Positions 60,828-64,000 of a stretch of DNA of 64,000 nt are shown here, piece by piece (the stretch's first letter is position 1; the number at the start of each line of letters is the position of its first letter). The stretch covers positions 7,998,001 to 8,062,000 of the forward strand of contig CATNEN010000039.1 of assembly GCA_950097015.1 (NCBI GenBank). Direction: 5' to 3'. This DNA is from Macrostomum hystrix (Eukaryota; Animalia; Platyhelminthes). The position numbers were made by a program, and so were the translations under genes. A model generated the notes under the pieces. The model was not told the DNA's origin. It saw nothing but the letters and a program-made list of their open reading frames with translations, and made no database searches.

Positions 60828-63244
60828 ATGTCAGCCGCTTCTGTGCTGTCACATCATCAGGCGGCTCCGGGTGCGCCGAATACATTTTCCGCCCTTACCC
60901 TGTTTGAGTCCACGCTGCTGAATGCTGGCATGCTGCTGGACAGCATGACCCTGGACGAGTTAGTTGCAGCTGTGCGCCTCATCTGCAACCTGCAGCATCA
61001 GGCTGTGGATGTTATGCAACCCTGTGCCGGTCAGGTGCAGTCAACGAATCGTCAGCTACAAGAGCAGTTGCAACAGTTGCAGCAGCAGCAGCAGCATCAG
61101 CAGCGGCAGCATCAGTCTGCTGCAAGTTGTTCCAGCGCATCAAGTCCGCCTGCTGCTAAGCGGCCCTGCAAAATGGAGCCCAAGGAACCTTCGGTGGCTG
61201 TGAAGCTTGAGCAGCACCTGCAGCCGCCGCTGCCGCCGCCGCACGTCGACAGCTTTGCCAGCGACCTAGGTGGCGCTTCCTTTGTTGACGAAGACGAAGA
61301 TGACGATTGCCTGCTACTAGAGGAGGAGAGCAGCTTCGGTGTCGGCCTGGGCGTCAGCGGCGCATCCGGTGCTAGCGCCAGCAGTGGCGGAGTGGACGTT
61401 CGAGTAGGTCGCTTGAACAGTGTATGAAAAGTGTCTGTCAGTGTCCGAGTAATGCCTGCCAGTGTCCGAGTAGTGTCAGTCCGTGTCCGAGTAGTGTCAG
61501 TCCGTGTCCGAGTAGTGTCAGTCCGTGTCCCAGTAATGTCAGTCCGTGTCCCAGTAGTGGTGATTTTGAATGATAAGCCATAAGTCTGATCTCATTTCAG
61601 AATTTGCTCAAGGACACTTACAAAAACTTACGTGGCTGTGGACCGCATCTGTTTGACTTTGCCAAGCCGTATGTTTATTACTTTGTTCATTGTTGACGTT
61701 ACCTTCTTTACTGTTTCTAGACGCAATTCGTCCGATTACTTGGACCACAGAAACCCGTAGCATAATCAGACAGTCAGGCAGATCATCAGCTCAGTCAGTC
61801 AGTCAGGCAGATCATCAGCTCAGTCAGTCAGTCAGTCAGATCATCAGCTCAGTCAGTCAGTCAGGCAGATCATCAGCTCAGTCAGTCAGTCAGTCAGATC
61901 ATCAGCTCAGTCAGTCAGTCAGTCAGATCATCAGCTCAGTCAGTCAGTCAGGCAGATCATCAGCTCAGACAGTCAGTCAGGCAGATCATCAGCTCAGACA
62001 GTCAGTCAGGCAGATCATCAGCTCAGTCAGTCAGTCAGTCAGATCATCAGCTCAGTCAGTCAGTCAGTCAGATCATCAGCTCAGTCAGTCAGTCAGGCAG
62101 ATCATCAGCTCAGACAGTCAGTCAGGCAGATCTTCAGCTCAGTCAGTCAGGCAGATCATCAGCTCAGACAGTCAGTCAGGCAGATCATCAGCTCAGACAG
62201 TCAGTCAGGCAGATCATCAGCTCAGTCAGTCAGGCAGATCATCAGCTCAGACAGTCAGTCAGGCAGATCATCAGCTCAGACAGTCAGTCAGGCAGATCAT
62301 CAGCTCAGTCAGTCAGTCAGGCAGATCATCAGCTCAGTCAGTCAGTCAGGCAGATCATCAGCTCAGACAGTCAGTCAGGCAGATCATCAGCTCAGACAGT
62401 CAGTCAGGCAGATCATCAGCTCAGACAGTCAGTCAGGCAGATCATCAGCTCAGACAGTCAGTCAGGCAGATCATCAGCTCAGTCAGTCAGGCAGATCATC
62501 AGCTCAGACAGTCAGTCAGGCAGATCATCAGCTCAGACAGTCATTCAGGCAGATCATCAGCTCAGACAGACAGTCAGGCAGATCATCAGCTCAGACAGTC
62601 AGGCAGATCATCAGCTCAGACAGTCAGTCAGGCAGATCATCAGCTCAGACAGACAGTCAGGCAGATCATCAGCTCAGACAGTCAGTCAGGCAGATCATCA
62701 GCTCAGACAGACAGTCAGGCAGATCATCAGCTCAGACAGTCAGTCAGGCAGATCATCAGCTCAGACAGACAGTCAGGCAGATCATCAGCTCAGTCAGTCA
62801 GGCAGATCATCAGCTCAGTCAGTCAGTCAGGCAGATCATCAGCTCAGACAGTCAGTCAGGCAGATCATCAGCTCAGACAGTCAGTCAGGCAGATCATCAG
62901 CTCAGTCAGTCAGGCAGATCATCAGCTCAGTCAGTCAGTCAGGCAGATCATCAGCTCAGACAGTCAGTCAGGCAGATCATCAGCTCAGACAGTCAGTCAG
63001 GCAGATCATCAGCTCAGACAGTCAGTCAGGCAGATCATCAGCTCAGACAGTCAGTCAGGCAGATCATCAGCTCAGACAGTCAGTCAGGCAGATCATCAGC
63101 TCAGACAGTCAGTCAATGAACAGAAGCCTATCTCGCAATTGTGTTGCAGCTTCGAGCATCCCGTGAACCAGACGGTGGCCAAGAAGGTCATCGACCAGGC
63201 TCAGGCAACTTCCGGCATCACAGCCGGTGCAGAAACTTGGCGCA
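60828..63244 (+). CDS. Uncharacterised protein, paralogue C (same family), first 3 coding exons; 3' part lies beyond the window
   Basis: Exons 60828-61403, 61601-61668, 63150-63244. FSALTLFESTL N-domain; NLLKDTYKNLR..FDFAKP|FEHPVNQTVAKKVIDQA..WR. Two intron positions/phases are identical to paralogue A. Confidence 0.75.
61770..63115. repeat. Compound minisatellite (GGCAGATCATCAGCT + variable CAGT/CAGA tetramers), paralogue C intron 2
   Basis: Repeating GCAGATCATCAGCTCAGACAGTCAGTCAG. Confidence 0.95.
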
Positions 63245-64000
63245 GTGAGTCATTTTGTTAGAGAACAAATCATATAAGAGTTTGAAATATTTTTACTCGT
63301 AAACTGTGCCATAATATTCAAACTTATGAGAGAATATTTAGCTTTGCTCTTACTGAAATAAGAATCTAAATGCTTATTGATACTCAGAAATCAGTGTGAT
63401 TAGTTTTTTCGCTTTTTACATTACTTGTTCTACTAAGTAAGCTCAGTAGCCAGATGCTCATCTCAGCAGAATGGTATGCAATTAAGTGATAAAATAGCGT
63501 TGCAGAGGTTTACAGAGAACAATGGGTGAAAGTGTTTGCAAGTCTGCCAGTTGAACAAAAGCACTATTGAGCCGGTTCAAGGGTCTATGTATAATTCCTT
63601 GTTTGTATTTATTGTCCTGTAATTTTTTGTTAAACTCTAAAGTTGTTCCGCAGTTCTCCCAACTAAAGCTTCTGTTTATATTCAAGCTCATTATTTATCT
63701 ATTGATTGAGGGGGGGCAGACTTAATTTCAAAAATGCGCCTTATAGGCGCCAACAATTTTCAATTCTATGCATTAATCAGCCAAATCAATTTAGCGAATC
63801 AATTATCTTGTTTTGGTCCATAAAATTATGAACAGAGGTCGCAATATTGCAAGTCCTTTGGACAATAATAAACATGTCGAATTTTGATTGGGCTACTGCT
63901 ACTACTGCTAGTAGAAATGAAAGGTTTAACGCTACGAAGAAAAACGGGTCGCATCGAGTAGTTGAACTGTTAATAATACATTTTTCCAGCCGTGCTGGGA

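Noticed and set aside
59592-63149. Hydrophobic AILAIVPA / GTIARIAA and SQSGRSSAQ repeat ORFs (antifreeze- or adhesive-like)
   Set aside because: Translations of the 24-bp and compound arrays; the same 24-bp unit also sits inside an MCMDC2 intron.

Overview
Eukaryotic (animal) genomic DNA, not prokaryotic. It has GT-AG spliced genes with GC-rich exons, and roughly a third of the window (~22 kb, manual estimate) is ~30 mostly unrelated minisatellite arrays (units 15-40 bp) in introns and intergenic spacers. This architecture resembles the flatworm Macrostomum (inference only). Seven genes were reconstructed exon by exon with consistent splice phases. Minus strand: an ethanolamine kinase (3 exons) and a GIT-family ArfGAP (12 exons). 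Plus strand: a LicD/fukutin-type phosphotransferase (3 exons), MCMDC2 (5 exons), and three diverged paralogues (A, B, and C, which runs off the window). The paralogues combine an unrecognised ~55-aa N-terminal helical domain, SUMO/SIM-like motifs and a C14orf93/DUF4616-like C-terminal region. Mobile DNA includes three hAT MITEs with 8-bp TSDs carrying an internal minisatellite, several tRNA-derived CORE-type SINEs, a second dispersed repeat and a 1.3-kb island of nested palindromes. Main points of interest: (i) an intronic minisatellite whose unit is the gene's own 3' splice site, repeated ~45-50 times, where only the last copy gives an open frame; (ii) the three-member gene family around the meiotic gene MCMDC2, with spacers that leave almost no room for promoters (candidate trans-spliced operons); (iii) homologous introns of the paralogues each hold unrelated minisatellites. 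Nearly all long ORFs in the supplied track over the arrays are repeat artefacts. Array boundaries and copy numbers are manual estimates.
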